This document shows, one piece after another, positions 1 to 10,893 of a DNA stretch of 64,000 bases. Source of the stretch: an uncultured Gemmatimonadales bacterium (GTDB lineage Bacteria; Gemmatimonadota; Gemmatimonadetes; Palauibacterales; Palauibacteraceae); contig CAWANJ010000003.1 of NCBI GenBank assembly GCA_963783385.1, positions 353,448-417,447 on the forward strand, read 5' to 3'. Positions within the stretch are counted from its first letter, which is position 1, and each line of letters begins with the position of its first letter. A model generated the notes under the pieces. The model did not search any database, had not been told where the DNA came from, and worked only from the letters and a program-made list of their open reading frames with translations. The translations under genes were made by a program, and so were the position numbers.

Positions 1-2735
1 GGCCCAGCCGGCCGTGGAGGCTCCGGCCCGGGTGTCGGCCGACCGGCTGCGCGCGGCGGCGCGGGCGGCGGCGCTGGTGGAGGCCTACCGGGAGCTGGGC
101 CACTTCGCGGCCCGGCTGGATCCGCTGGGCTCGGACCCCGGCGGTCATCCGATGCTGAAGCCGGAGTTCCACGGCATCGGGCCGGACGAGCTGGCCGGGA
201 TCCCGGCGGCCGCCCTCGGGCTGGAGCGCCTTGGCCGTACGGCCGCCGAGGTAATCGACCGGCTGCGCGAGATCTACTGCGGGCCGATCGGCTACGAGCT
301 GGGCCACGTCGAGAACCCGGCCGAGCGCGACTGGCTGGTCGACTACATCGAATCGGGACGCCACCGGGTCGAGCTGTCGGCCGAGCAGGCCGCGTCGCTG
401 CTGGACCGGCTCACGCAGGTCGAGGGGCTGGAGCGCTTCCTCCAGCGCGCCTACCTGGGCAAGAAGCGCTTCTCGATCGAGGGCCTGGACATGATGGTCC
501 CGATGCTGGACGAGGCGCTGCGCCGCGCGGCCGCCTCGGGCACCCGCGAGATGATGCTCGGGATGTCCCATCGCGGCCGCCTCAACGTGCTGGCCCACAT
601 CATCGGCCGGCCCTACGAGGCCATCATCTCCGAGTTCGAGGACCAGGCCGGCGAGGGCGTGGCCCGGCTGGTCCCGACCGACGGGACCGGGGACGTGAAG
701 TACCACCTGGGCGCGGCCGGCGTGGCCCACACGGAAGCGGGCGACCTGGACGTGTACATGGCACCCAACCCCAGCCACCTGGAGCACGTGGACCCGGTGG
801 TCGAGGGCATGGCCAGGGCGGCGCGCGACCTGAGGCGGCGCGGCGAGCGGGGGAGCGAGGAGACGCGCACGGCCGATGCCGCCCCCGACGCGCAGCCCGT
901 GCTCCCGATCCTCGTCCACGGCGACGCCGCGTTCATGGGCGAGGGCGTGGCGGCCGAGACCCTGAACCTGTGCCGGCTGCCCGGTTACGAGACGGGCGGA
1001 ACCCTCCACATCATCGCCGACAACCAGCTCGGCTTCACCACCAACCCGCGGGACGGGCGCTCGACGCGCTACGCCAGCGACATCGCCATCGGCTTCCGGA
1101 TCCCGGTGGTGCACGTGAACGCGGACGACCCCGAGGCTTGCCTGGCGGCGGCGGAGCTTGCGTTCGAGTACCGGCGCGAGTTCGGGCAGGACATGATGAT
1201 CGACCTGGTGGGCTACCGGCGGCACGGCCACAACGAGGGCGACGAGCCGGGCTACACGCAGCCGGCCATGTACCGGGCCATCGACGAGCATCCGACCGTG
1301 CGTGCCCTGTGGGCCGACCGGCTGGCGAAGGCGGGGACCGTCTCCGAAGAGGAGGCCTCGGCCATGGAGGACCGGGTGGCCGAGCGGCTCCAGTCCGCGC
1401 GGGAGCGCGTGCAGGCGGGCGGCCCGTCCGGCGGGGAGCAGCCCCCGGCCTCCGGCCAGCCCTCGGCGGCGGAGCGTGCGCTCACGGCCGGGCTGACCGA
1501 GCTGGACGATCCGTCGGAGGTCGACACCGCGGTGTCCGAGGAGCGCCTCCTGGAGCTGGACCGGGGCATCCACGCCTGGCCGGACGACTTCGAGCTGTTC
1601 CAGAAGCTGGGCCGCCAGCTCGACAAGCGCCGGAAGGCCCTCACCGAGGGCGAACCGCTCGACTGGGCCCACGCCGAGGCACTCGCCTTCGCCGCCCTGG
1701 TGACCGACGGCGTCCCGGTGCGGCTCAGCGGGGAAGACACCGAGCGAGGCACGTTCAGCCAGCGCCACCTGGTCCTGCACGCCGCCGATGGCTCGCGGAG
1801 CTGGGTGCCGCTCGAGCACCTGTCGGAGGACCAGGCGCCCTTCGCCGTGTGGAACAGCCCCCTGTCGGAGGTGGCGGCGCTGGGCTTCGAGTACGGCTAC
1901 AGCACGATCGCCACGGACGGCCTGGCGCTGTGGGAAGCGCAGTTCGGCGACTTCGCCAACGTGGGCCAGGCCATCATCGACCAGTTCATCGCCGCCGGAC
2001 GCTCCAAGTGGGGCCAGGAGTCCAGGCTGGGCCTCCTCCTGCCGCACGCCTACGAGGGCCAGGGGCCGGAGCACTCGAGCGCGCGGTTGGAGCGCTACCT
2101 CCAGCTCGCCGGCCGGGGCAACCTGAGGGTCACGTACCCGACCACGCCCGCCCAGTACTTCCACCTCCTGCGGCTCCAGGCCCTGCGCACCGCGCGGCGC
2201 CCGCTCGTGGTGATGACGCCCAAGAGCCTCCTGCGCCATCCCAGGGCCCGCTCCCCCCTGGCCGAGTTCACCGGGGGACGCTTCCGGCCCCTGCTGGCCG
2301 AGGACGGGGCGGCCGCCGGGGGATCGGGAGACGGTCCGGTGGCCGGGCGCCTCATCCTGTGCTCCGGGAAGGTCTACTACGACCTGTCCGAGTCCGACGC
2401 CCGCCAGGAGGCGGCGGAGCGGGATGGAGCGCCCACCCCGGTCCTGCGGATGGAAGAGCTCTACCCGTTCCCGGAGGCGGCCGTCCGGCGGGCGCTGGAG
2501 GGGCACGAGGGGCTCCGGGAAGTGGTGTGGGCCCAGGAGGAGCCGGAGAACATGGGGGCCTGGACCTTCGTGCGGCCCCGCTTCGAAGCGCTGCTTCCCG
2601 AGGGCGTCGGCCTGCGCTACGCGGGCCGGCCCGAGAATGGCCAGCCCGGCCGAGGGCTACCACGCCGACCACGACCGGGAGCAGCGGCGCATCGTGCGGG
2701 CGGCGTTCGACCTGGAGGCCGGTGACGCGGCCTGA
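1..2735 (+). CDS. sucA: 2-oxoglutarate dehydrogenase E1 component (5' end outside window; apparent frameshift near 2638)
   Basis: Motifs KRFSIEG, GMSHRGRLNVL, GDVKYHLG, HGDAAFMGEG, GHNEGDEP, RGTFSQRH, WEAQFGDF, EGQGPEHSSAR, WAQEEPENMGAW. The expected C-terminus (ASPAEGYHADHDREQRRIV) is in another frame and ends at TGA 2733-2735. Confidence 0.95.
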
Positions 2736-3571
2736 CGGCCGCCCGCTCGCCCTCGCCCTCCTCCTGCTGGGCGTCGCCGCTCCGGCCGGCGCCCAGAATG
2801 CGCCGCGATCCGGCCGTCCCCAACGCCTCGGCCGCCCGCGCCGGCGAGCTCCTGCTCGGGGCCGGGCTCGGCTGGGACGGCGACCGGAGCTTCCCGCTCT
2901 CCGGGCTGCGAGGGGACCTCCTGCGCGTGGGCACCCTGACCGTGGCCTACGCGGTCGCCGACGGCGTCCTGCTCGAGGTGCAGGGCGATGCCTGGCACGT
3001 GCTCCGCATCCACGGCCGCGGACCCTCGCACGTGCCTCTGGCGCCCGGCGTCGCCGACGGGACCACGACGGACGCCGGCGACTTCCGCATCGCCACCGTG
3101 GCGCGGCTCGTGGGAGGCGCGACGGGGCCGTCGGCCGGAGTGGACGTGGCCGTCAAGCTGCCCAACTCCCAGCAGTCCCGTGGCATCGGGCTCAACACCA
3201 CGGACTTCGAGGGCAGCGCCTTCGGGAGCTGGGGGGGCGAGCGCGTGCGGGTCACCGGGGAGGTCGGGATCGGGATCCTGACGGCGCCGCTGCGCACCTT
3301 CATCCAGGACGACGTGCTCCTGTACGGGGCCGAGCTGCTGTGGGATCCGGACGGCGCCGGCGGCCTTCCGCGCCTGGCGATCGGGGTGCGCGGGCGGGCC
3401 AACACGCGCCACGTGGTGCCCGTGGGCCTCGAGGACGAGGGGACGGCCTCGGTGGGATTGGACTGGGAGCGGGGAGGGTGGCTGGTGGACGGGTCGGTGC
3501 TGGCGGGCTACACGGCCGACAGTCCCGACTTCGGGGTGCGGGTGGGGATCGCCCGAATCCTGCGGCTGTAG
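2722..3571 (+). CDS. Exported/outer-membrane beta-barrel-like protein (frameshift near 2800)
   Basis: GTG at 2722 gives a signal peptide (PLALALLLLGVAAPAGAQ); the body continues in ORF 2798..3571 with alternating beta-strand patterns. Confidence 0.55.
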
Positions 3572-3588
3572 GGAAGCGGCCACACCCG

Positions 3589-3615
3589 GGCCGCGGCGCC
3601 TTCGGGGCCGCGGCC
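3589..3615. terminator. GC-rich hairpin between convergent genes
   Basis: ggccgcggc ... gccgcggcc stem; no U-tract. Confidence 0.4.
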
Positions 3616-3648
3616 GGGAGGGGCCGATGGACTAGCGGTGGGTCCTCA

Positions 3649-3948
3649 CTAGTGGATCCGGCGCTTGATCGTACGGGCCATGCTCTGCAGGTCGTCCACG
3701 ATCTCGGAGTGCAGCGCCTCGATCTCCTCCCGCGGACCGCCGGCCTTCTTGATGTCCTGGAGCTTCTTCTCGGACTCGTCGTACTTGGCCTCGAGCCGGT
3801 CGACCATCGCCTTGATGCGGACCTTGGTGGCGGCTCTCGCGTCTCCGATCTCGGTGCGGAGCTCGGCCGCCCGGTCCTTGAACTTGGCCAGGTTCGCCTC
3901 GGTTCTCTCGATGAGCTGATCGATCTGCGCGCTGGTGGTTGAGCTCAT
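3649..3948 (-). CDS. Small coiled-coil hypothetical protein (99 aa)
   Basis: ATG with upstream purine-rich RBS; charged helical sequence; codon usage like neighbours. Confidence 0.7.
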   Translation of the reverse strand: MSSTTSAQIDQLIERTEANLAKFKDRAAELRTEIGDARAATKVRIKAMVDRLEAKYDESEKKLQDIKKAGGPREEIEALHSEIVDDLQSMARTIKRRIH

Positions 3949-4108
3949 GTTTTGGTTCCTCTCTCCGACCCAATGACTGCCTACTGCGGGGCGCGGACCG
4001 CCGCGACGGGCCGCGCCGCTCTGCCGAACGCTTCGGACAGGCTCCTCCTACAACATGCGGGGAGGATCTGCTCCAGGGGAAGCCCCCCCGGGGACGGCAG
4101 CCCCTCCG

Positions 4109-5389
4109 TCAGGGACCGTGGTGGGCTCTGCCGGGCAGGGTCTCCCGGATCGGGAGCTTGGGGAAGGTGCTGGAGAACAGCGAGTAGCACAGCCCGAACA
4201 GGCCGATGAATCCGATCGAGATGGTCAGCTCGATCCAGCCGAGCGGAATGCCCGTCCCGTGCCAGGTCGCCGGCGCGACCTCCAGGAAGCGCTCCAGCCA
4301 GAACCCGAGCAGGATGATCACGCCCACGAAGGCCAGCCAGCCCGAGCGCATCTTGGGCTTGCGGCCCAGGAGGAGGAAGAAGGGCAGGGCGAAGCACAGG
4401 ATCATCTGCACGGCGTAAAGGCCGTACCAGTGCCCGGCCACGCGCTGCTCGAAGTAGATGGTCTCGCGCGACAGGTTGCCGTACCAGATGACCAGGAACT
4501 GGGACCACCAGAAGTAGGTCCAGAAGATCGTGAACGCGAACATCAGCTTGCCGAGGTCGTGGAACTCCCACTTCCCCCACGCGTCCGACAGGTCGTAGCG
4601 CCGGTGGTACCGGTTGGCCAGGACCGCCGTGAGGGCCAGCATGGAGAGCCAGCCGCCCACGAAGAAGTAGGCGCCCCAGATGATGCTGATGAAGCCCGGG
4701 ACGAGCGACATGATGAGGTCGATCGCCATGAGCGTGAAGACGACGGCCCACAGGAGGATGAGGATGGGCCCGAAGCGCGCCAGGTCCCGGGTGGCAGCCC
4801 GGACCTCGGCGTCGTCCCCTCGCCACCGGCGGCCGATCCACTTGACCAGGCCGCGGCGCCACCCGGTGAGGCGCTCGGCCACCATGGGCGCGTCGGGCCG
4901 CAGCGAGTGCCTCAGGTAGGCGAAGCTGGCCACGTAGAGCACCAGGGCCAGGATCGTGTTGCGCCAGAACACGCCGCCCTGGGTGAGCCAGGTGTGGTTG
5001 ACGTGGCCGCGGTGCGGCCCCATGGGGCCGATCCAGGGGAAGACGTGCGTGGACCCGAACAGCAGCATCAGGACCAGGAGGACCAGCGAGGCGGGCAGGA
5101 ACGCCGCCATCCCCTCGGAGATCCTCCGGAAGCACTTCCCCCAGTGCCCCTTGGCGGTGTGCAGCACGGCGCCGAAAATGACGCCGGCCTCCGCCAGGGA
5201 GCTCCAGAACAGGAAGTTGGACCAGATCACCTCCCATACGCGGGTCGGGTGGCTTCCCACCGTCCAGAAGAAGCCCACCACCCCGATGGCGATGGCGATC
5301 CAACAGGCCAGCAGCGTCCGTCCGGAGATCTTCCCCGGAATGGTCGACAGGGCCTTCTCGGGCGTCACCTTATACGTGTCGGAGCTCAA
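4109..5389 (-). CDS. actF: Alternative complex III membrane subunit ActF
   Basis: Polytopic; DLIMSL, HDLGKLMFAFTIFWTY..WSQFLVIWYGNL..E motifs; last gene of the act operon. Confidence 0.85.
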   Translation of the reverse strand: MSSDTYKVTPEKALSTIPGKISGRTLLACWIAIAIGVVGFFWTVGSHPTRVWEVIWSNFLFWSSLAEAGVIFGAVLHTAKGHWGKCFRRISEGMAAFLPASLVLLVLMLLFGSTHVFPWIGPMGPHRGHVNHTWLTQGGVFWRNTILALVLYVASFAYLRHSLRPDAPMVAERLTGWRRGLVKWIGRRWRGDDAEVRAATRDLARFGPILILLWAVVFTLMAIDLIMSLVPGFISIIWGAYFFVGGWLSMLALTAVLANRYHRRYDLSDAWGKWEFHDLGKLMFAFTIFWTYFWWSQFLVIWYGNLSRETIYFEQRVAGHWYGLYAVQMILCFALPFFLLLGRKPKMRSGWLAFVGVIILLGFWLERFLEVAPATWHGTGIPLGWIELTISIGFIGLFGLCYSLFSSTFPKLPIRETLPGRAHHGP

Positions 5390-5444
5390 GATCGTCCGCT
5401 CGCCTCTGGTGGGTTCGCTCCGTCGCTCACTTCGTCGCCGCCGT

Positions 5445-6050
5445 TCACCGGGTCCCCGAAGCCGATCCCGAGGCCGCCGAGTCGGCCGCCACCTTCTGCA
5501 GGTGCCGGACGTACTCGACCACGTACCAGCGCTGGTCGGGCGGGATGCGGTCGTAGGAGGGCATGAGCCCGCGTCCGTTGGAGATCATCCCCCACAGGTA
5601 GCCGTCCGAGCGCGCCGTGGCCGGTCCGGTGGCCAGGTTCACGGCCGGAATGTAGGGGATGCGCCGCGGATTCTTGCCGTCCCTGTTGATCACGGGCCCG
5701 CTGCCCGTGCCGTCCACGCCGTGGCACGGGAGGCAGAAGTTCTCGAACATCTGCTTCCCCCGGGCCAGCTCGGCGGGCGTGCCGGCGAGCGGGTTCCTGG
5801 CCAGGCTGTCCGCCTGCAGGAGGCCCAGGTGCCAGGTGGCACCGGTGGCCACGGCTCCGGCCGGGGGCTCCTTGGGCTGCTGCTCGAACGTCTCGACCGA
5901 GGGCTGCTGCGTCATCGTGGAGAAGTAGGGAATCGCCTTGACGATGTTGTCGCAGCCCGCCGCCAGGAGCACCAGGGCCAGCGGGAGCGCCAGGCGCCGC
6001 CACGCGGCCGCGCGTCCGGCCCCGCCGCCGTGCGTGCCGGGCCCGCTCAC
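5445..6050 (-). CDS. actE: ACIII monoheme cytochrome c lipoprotein ActE
   Basis: GTG overlaps the actD stop; lipobox LAAGC; CLPCH heme motif; GRGLMPSY axial Met. May really extend to 5386 via a G-run indel near 5455. Confidence 0.85.
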   Translation of the reverse strand: MSGPGTHGGGAGRAAAWRRLALPLALVLLAAGCDNIVKAIPYFSTMTQQPSVETFEQQPKEPPAGAVATGATWHLGLLQADSLARNPLAGTPAELARGKQMFENFCLPCHGVDGTGSGPVINRDGKNPRRIPYIPAVNLATGPATARSDGYLWGMISNGRGLMPSYDRIPPDQRWYVVEYVRHLQKVAADSAASGSASGTR

Positions 6051-6559
6051 GCCTCCACCTCCACGGCCTCGGTCTCCCGCACCTTGTCGAGGGCCCGGTC
6101 GCGGTTCCGGTCGTCGACCGGGACGAAGATGCCCCACCGGTCGACGCTGAACACGGCCCGGTAGGCGGGCGACAGCTTGAGCTTGGGTCGGTGGGCGTGG
6201 ACCATCCAGGAGAACATCGCGAACAGGCCCGTATACAGGATCGTGAGCTCGAACATGATGACGATGAAAGGCGGCCACGAGACGATCGGCTTCCCCTGTC
6301 CGATGAGCGGATAGGCCAGCGACGTCCCGATGGTCAGCAGGTTGGCCGTGGTGAAGCCCGTGATGCCGCCGATGAGCGCCCAGCGGCGCACCGGACTGGA
6401 ATGGATGCCCAGCGCCTCCTCGAGCTCGGGGCACATCACGGGCGAGAACACCTCGAGATCGTCGAAGCCCGCCTCGCGCAGCGTCTCAATGGCCCGCCGC
6501 GTCCCATCGATGGACTCGTAGTGGGCCAGCACGCCGCTCACGTTCGCCGGTTCAGCCAT
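6047..6559 (-). CDS. actD: ACIII subunit ActD (DUF3341)
   Basis: EVFSP, GKP..SWPPF..IMFELTIL motifs; lies between actC and actE. Confidence 0.85.
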   Translation of the reverse strand: MAEPANVSGVLAHYESIDGTRRAIETLREAGFDDLEVFSPVMCPELEEALGIHSSPVRRWALIGGITGFTTANLLTIGTSLAYPLIGQGKPIVSWPPFIVIMFELTILYTGLFAMFSWMVHAHRPKLKLSPAYRAVFSVDRWGIFVPVDDRNRDRALDKVRETEAVEVEA

Positions 6560-7895
6560 GCTCGTGGGCTCCCTGGTGCGCCAGGTGCTCCTTCACCTCG
6601 GCGATGCTGATCGTCGGGAGCGCCTTGGTGAACAGCAGGAACCAGAAGAAGAACCAGGCGAAGCTGCCGACGATGATACTGATCTCCACCCAGGACGGCC
6701 GGTAGAAGCCCCAGCTGTAGGGCTCGTACTCGTGCGCCAGCGAGGAGACGATGATCACGTAACGCTCGTAGAACATGCCGATGTTCACGAAGATCGACAC
6801 GACGAAGGCCGCCGAGGCGCTGCGCCGCACCTTCTTGAACCACAGGGTGGCCGGCACGATCACGTTGCAGAACGTCATGACCCAGAACGGTCCCTGGAAG
6901 GACCCGTGGGCCCGGAAGAACAGGCTCGCCTGCTCGGTGGGATCGGCCGAGTAGTAGGTGATGAAGTACTCGGCCGCGTACGAGTACGCCACGATCAGGG
7001 ACGTGAGCAGGATGAGCTTCGACATGTTGTCGAAGTGGTAGTCGGTGATGTAGTCCTCGAGCCCGAACGCCCACCGCATGGGCACGAGGATCGTGATCAC
7101 CATCGCCATCCCCGAGAAGATGGCCCCGGCCACGAAGTAGGGGGCGAAGATCGTCGAGTGCCACCCCGGCACGATCGCCATCGCGAAGTCCCACGACACC
7201 ACGCTGTGCACCGACAGCACCAGGGGCGTCGCGATGGCGGCCATGTACAGGTAGGCCCGCCGGTAGTGGCTCCACTCGCGGACCGTGCCCTGCCAGCCCA
7301 CCGAGAACAGGCCGTACACCTTGCTCTTCCAGCCCCGGAGCCGGTCGCGGATGGCGGCCAGGTCCGGGATCATCCCCGTGTACCAGAACAGGAGGCTGAT
7401 CGTGAAGTAGGTCCCGACCGCGAACACGTCCCACACGAGCGGGGACTTGAAGTTGGGCCAGATGAAGCGCTCGGACGGGTAGGGGATCAGCCAGTAGAAG
7501 TACCAGGTGCGCCCCAGGTGGATCAGCGGAAACAGGCCCGCCGTCATCACCGCGAAGATCGTCATGGCCTCGGCGGCGCGGTTGATCGTGGTGCGCCACC
7601 CGGACCGGAACAGGTAGAGGATCGCCGAGATCAGCGTCCCCGAGTGCGCGATGCCCACCCAGAACACGAAGGCGGTGATGTAGACGGCCCACATCACCGG
7701 GTGGGAGTAGCCGGCCACGCCCAGCCCCTGCCCGACCTGCCAGGCCCAGGCGATGCAGCCCCACACCACGAGGGCGAACACGAACGCCAGCAGGGTCCAG
7801 TACCGCCACGATGAGACCATGATGGGACGCATGATGTCCCGGTTCGCGTCGGCGAGGGTCAGCCCTCGTTCCTCCGTATCCCAGTGGTCGGCCAT
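6552..7895 (-). CDS. actC: ACIII NrfD-family subunit ActC
   Basis: FVFWVGIAHSGTLISAIL, NRAAEAMT, HLGR, NFKSPLVWD, SVHSVVSWDFA, GWHSTIFAPYFVAGAIFSG. Confidence 0.93.
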   Translation of the reverse strand: MADHWDTEERGLTLADANRDIMRPIMVSSWRYWTLLAFVFALVVWGCIAWAWQVGQGLGVAGYSHPVMWAVYITAFVFWVGIAHSGTLISAILYLFRSGWRTTINRAAEAMTIFAVMTAGLFPLIHLGRTWYFYWLIPYPSERFIWPNFKSPLVWDVFAVGTYFTISLLFWYTGMIPDLAAIRDRLRGWKSKVYGLFSVGWQGTVREWSHYRRAYLYMAAIATPLVLSVHSVVSWDFAMAIVPGWHSTIFAPYFVAGAIFSGMAMVITILVPMRWAFGLEDYITDYHFDNMSKLILLTSLIVAYSYAAEYFITYYSADPTEQASLFFRAHGSFQGPFWVMTFCNVIVPATLWFKKVRRSASAAFVVSIFVNIGMFYERYVIIVSSLAHEYEPYSWGFYRPSWVEISIIVGSFAWFFFWFLLFTKALPTISIAEVKEHLAHQGAHEHG

Positions 7896-7904
7896 GCGTC
7901 CTCG

Positions 7905-10886
7905 TTACGTTTCTTGAGCCAGCTCCGCGTGCGTCACATCGCGGAGATAGGTGACAGCCGGGCGCGTGTTGAGCTCTTCGAGCACGTGGTAGGAGCGAGC
8001 GCCCTTCGCGATCCGGGACACGCGGCTCGTCGGGTCCTTGAGGTTCCCGAACCAGATCGCGTGCGTCGGACAGGCCGCCTGGCACGCGGTCTGGAAGTCC
8101 CCTTCCTGGACCAGCCGGCCCTTCTCCTTGGCCTGCACCTTGGCACGGTCGATCCGCTGCACGCAGAACGTGCACTTCTCCATGACGCCCTTCTCGCGGA
8201 CGGTGACGTCCGGATTGAGCTGGAGGTTGAGCGGATAGGGGAAGTCGTAGGTGAACCAGTTGAAGCGGCGCTGCTTGTACGGGCAGTTGTTGGAGCAGTA
8301 GCGCGTGCCCACGCACCGGTTGTAGACCTGGACGTTCAGGCCCTCCGGGTTGTGGTAGGCCGCGTACACCGGGCACACCGGCTCGCACGGCGCGTCGCCG
8401 CACTGCTGGCACATCTCGGCCAGGTGCGTGGTCTGGAAGCCGCCGTCGGCGGTGGCTTCGAAGTAGCGCTCGATGCGGATCCAGGACATCTCCCGGCCGT
8501 CGGCGCAGCGCTCCTCGCCGACCACGGCGAGGTTGTTCTCGGCGTAGCAGCCCGCCACGCAGGCGCCGCAGCCCGTGCAGGCGTTGAGGTCGACCGTCAT
8601 GCCCCAGCGGTACGGGCTCATGGGATCGGAGTCCCACGCCGCCTCGACCAGCTCGCTGAGGTCGACCTGGTGCTCGCCGATCGCCTTCCGGGCCTCCTCG
8701 ACCCCCATGATCTCGGAGACCTCGCGGCCGTAGTCCAGGTCGGAGCCCTGGAGCTTGACCATCTTCGCCTTCTGCCCCGTGGCGCTGAGCTGGACGGCCA
8801 CCCCGGCGTAAGCGAGGGAGCCGGTGGCTCCGTCGACCGTGTCCGGGAGGAGGTCCAGCGGACTCACGCCGCGGCCGGCCGCGTTGCGGCCGTAGTGCGT
8901 GTGGCCCTGGCCGATCTGGATCCCGACCGCGTCCTTGCGGATGCCGGGGTAGAGGTAGACCGGAGCGCGGACCTTGCCGCTCTCCGAGGTCACCTCGACC
9001 TCGTCACCGTTCTCGAGCCCGAGCGGCCTGGCCGTGTCGGGGTGCATCTCCACCCAGGAGCCCCACACGCACTTGGTGATCGGGTCGGGGATCTCCTGCA
9101 TCCAGCCGCGGTTGGCCCCGCGCCCGTCGTACAGGTAGCTGCCCGGGTAGACCACCAGGTCGAACTTGCCCCGGGCCGGCGCGCCGGCGCCGCCGGAGAA
9201 GGCGTGGGAGGTGACCGCGCGGGAGAGGCCGACCGAGGTCGGCTTCCCGGGTGCGCCCTCCCAGCGGCCGCCCTGCCGCCTGGTGTCGAACCACCACTCG
9301 TCGAAGCGCTGGCTGGAGCCCGAGGCGCGGTGCTTCTCCCGCCACGCGTTCTCCAGGTAGCCGGCGAAGTCCTGGGCGCCGAAGTCGGCCTTGATGCCGG
9401 CGGCGGCGGCCGCCTGCAGGAGGATGTCCTCCCGCTGGCGCGTGTCGAACACCGGCTGCATCACGGGCTGGCCCAGCGCCCACGCGCCGGGGAGCACTTC
9501 CGCGTCCCCCCAGGACTCGAGCTCGTGGCTGCCCGGCAGGATCCAGCTTGCCGCCGCCGTGGTCTCGTCCAGGTGCGAGTTGAGCGACACGACCGTCGGC
9601 ACCTGCCCCAGCGCCTCGGCGAAGCCCGCGGAGGCCGGCAGCGTGAAGGCGGGGTTGGGTCCGGCCACGATCAGCGTCCGGACCTTCCCGTTCTTCATGT
9701 CGCCGGCGAGGCTCTTCATCTCCGCCAGGGTGGCGCCCTGGCCCCGCTGCGGACCCACGCCGAACTGCGCCGTCGTACCGATCGCGCCGGCCACGTGGTT
9801 GAGGAGGGCGACGGCCAGGCAGGCGTCCGTGGCGTCGGCGCCCTGGCTCTCCGGTCCGGGGGGAAGCGCCACCGGGCGCTCCGCCGCGGCGATCTCCTCG
9901 CCCAGCTTCTGGATCTTGTCCGCGGCCACCCCGGTCTTGTCGGCGGCCCACTCGGGCGTGTACGTCGCCAGCACTCCCTGGAGCTCGAGGCCGCGGGAGC
10001 CGCCCTTCTTCTGGGCCACCACGTGCGCCACCGCCAGGGCGACCAGGCCCGACGTCCCGGGGCGGGCCGGCAGCCAGTCGTCGGCGTTGGAGCCGGTGAG
10101 CGACAGGCGCGGACCCACGAACGTGAACCTGGCGTGACGCCCCTTCTCGATGTCGCGGGCGTGTGCGAAGCGTCGGCCCAGGGCCGTGGGCTCGAGCCAC
10201 GTGGCCAGGAAGTCGGCGCCGAAGCTCACGATCCGGTCCGCCTGATCGACGGCGTAGGTGGGGATCTCGGCGCGGCCGAAGGCGATCTCGTGGGCACGCC
10301 GCAGCGGCGCGTAGTCGAACGTGTCGTAGCGAACGTGCCGCGCGCCGACGGCCTTCGCCCACTCCTCGGCGAACCGGTCGCGCGTCCCCGTGCCCGTCCC
10401 CGTGAGCAGGACGACATCGCCGTCCTGGACCGCCTTGCCCAGGGCCTGGATGCCGTCCTTCCAGGCGGCTTCCTGGAAGTCTCCGCCGCCCTTCTTGCGC
10501 GGTCCCGGGACCCGGTCGGGGTCGTAGAGGTCCTGCAGGGTCGACAGCCCCAGCGCCGACATGCCGTCGGCGTTGAGCGGGAAGTCGGGATTGCCCTCCA
10601 GGTTGAGCACCCTGCCGTCCCGCACCCACGCGTGGATGCCCAGCGGCTCGGGGCCCGCCTCCGCCAGGAGGCTGGCGTAGGTGGTGTTGGTGCCCGGGGT
10701 GATGCCCTCGGGCTGAACCAGGTAGGGGATGAGCTTCTGGTCGATGTGGGGCGGGGCCGGCCGGCAGGCGGCGGCGGTCGCCCCGGCCCCGGAGAGCCCC
10801 AGGATCTTGAGGAAGGTCCGCCGGCTCGTGCCGGTGGACGGCTCCTCTTCGGGACGGGGGGCGTGGGTTTCGCTGGGCTCGCTCAT
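7905..10886 (-). CDS. actB: ACIII ActB (molybdopterin-oxidoreductase-like domain fused to Fe-S domain)
   Basis: Tat motif SRRTFLK plus Cys; LYDPDR; CTGCGACVAGC, CQQCGDAPCEPVCP, YNRCVGTRYCSNNCPYK, GVMEKCTFCVQRI. Confidence 0.93.
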   Translation of the reverse strand: MSEPSETHAPRPEEEPSTGTSRRTFLKILGLSGAGATAAACRPAPPHIDQKLIPYLVQPEGITPGTNTTYASLLAEAGPEPLGIHAWVRDGRVLNLEGNPDFPLNADGMSALGLSTLQDLYDPDRVPGPRKKGGGDFQEAAWKDGIQALGKAVQDGDVVLLTGTGTGTRDRFAEEWAKAVGARHVRYDTFDYAPLRRAHEIAFGRAEIPTYAVDQADRIVSFGADFLATWLEPTALGRRFAHARDIEKGRHARFTFVGPRLSLTGSNADDWLPARPGTSGLVALAVAHVVAQKKGGSRGLELQGVLATYTPEWAADKTGVAADKIQKLGEEIAAAERPVALPPGPESQGADATDACLAVALLNHVAGAIGTTAQFGVGPQRGQGATLAEMKSLAGDMKNGKVRTLIVAGPNPAFTLPASAGFAEALGQVPTVVSLNSHLDETTAAASWILPGSHELESWGDAEVLPGAWALGQPVMQPVFDTRQREDILLQAAAAAGIKADFGAQDFAGYLENAWREKHRASGSSQRFDEWWFDTRRQGGRWEGAPGKPTSVGLSRAVTSHAFSGGAGAPARGKFDLVVYPGSYLYDGRGANRGWMQEIPDPITKCVWGSWVEMHPDTARPLGLENGDEVEVTSESGKVRAPVYLYPGIRKDAVGIQIGQGHTHYGRNAAGRGVSPLDLLPDTVDGATGSLAYAGVAVQLSATGQKAKMVKLQGSDLDYGREVSEIMGVEEARKAIGEHQVDLSELVEAAWDSDPMSPYRWGMTVDLNACTGCGACVAGCYAENNLAVVGEERCADGREMSWIRIERYFEATADGGFQTTHLAEMCQQCGDAPCEPVCPVYAAYHNPEGLNVQVYNRCVGTRYCSNNCPYKQRRFNWFTYDFPYPLNLQLNPDVTVREKGVMEKCTFCVQRIDRAKVQAKEKGRLVQEGDFQTACQAACPTHAIWFGNLKDPTSRVSRIAKGARSYHVLEELNTRPAVTYLRDVTHAELAQET

Positions 10887-10893
10887 GTCGGCT

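Noticed and set aside
2630-2645. Programmed frameshift in sucA or nirK
   Set aside because: No slippery heptamer or stimulatory structure seen; similar indels occur throughout the window, so sequencing error is the simpler explanation.
970-3942. 990-aa ORF overlapping sucA (likewise 7884..10952 +, 40570..44013 -, 48300..51437 -, 13973..16312 +)
   Set aside because: Arg/Gly/Pro-rich shadow frames of real genes, expected at this GC content; no motifs. Only the stretch near 2722-2800 is used, as a signal peptide.
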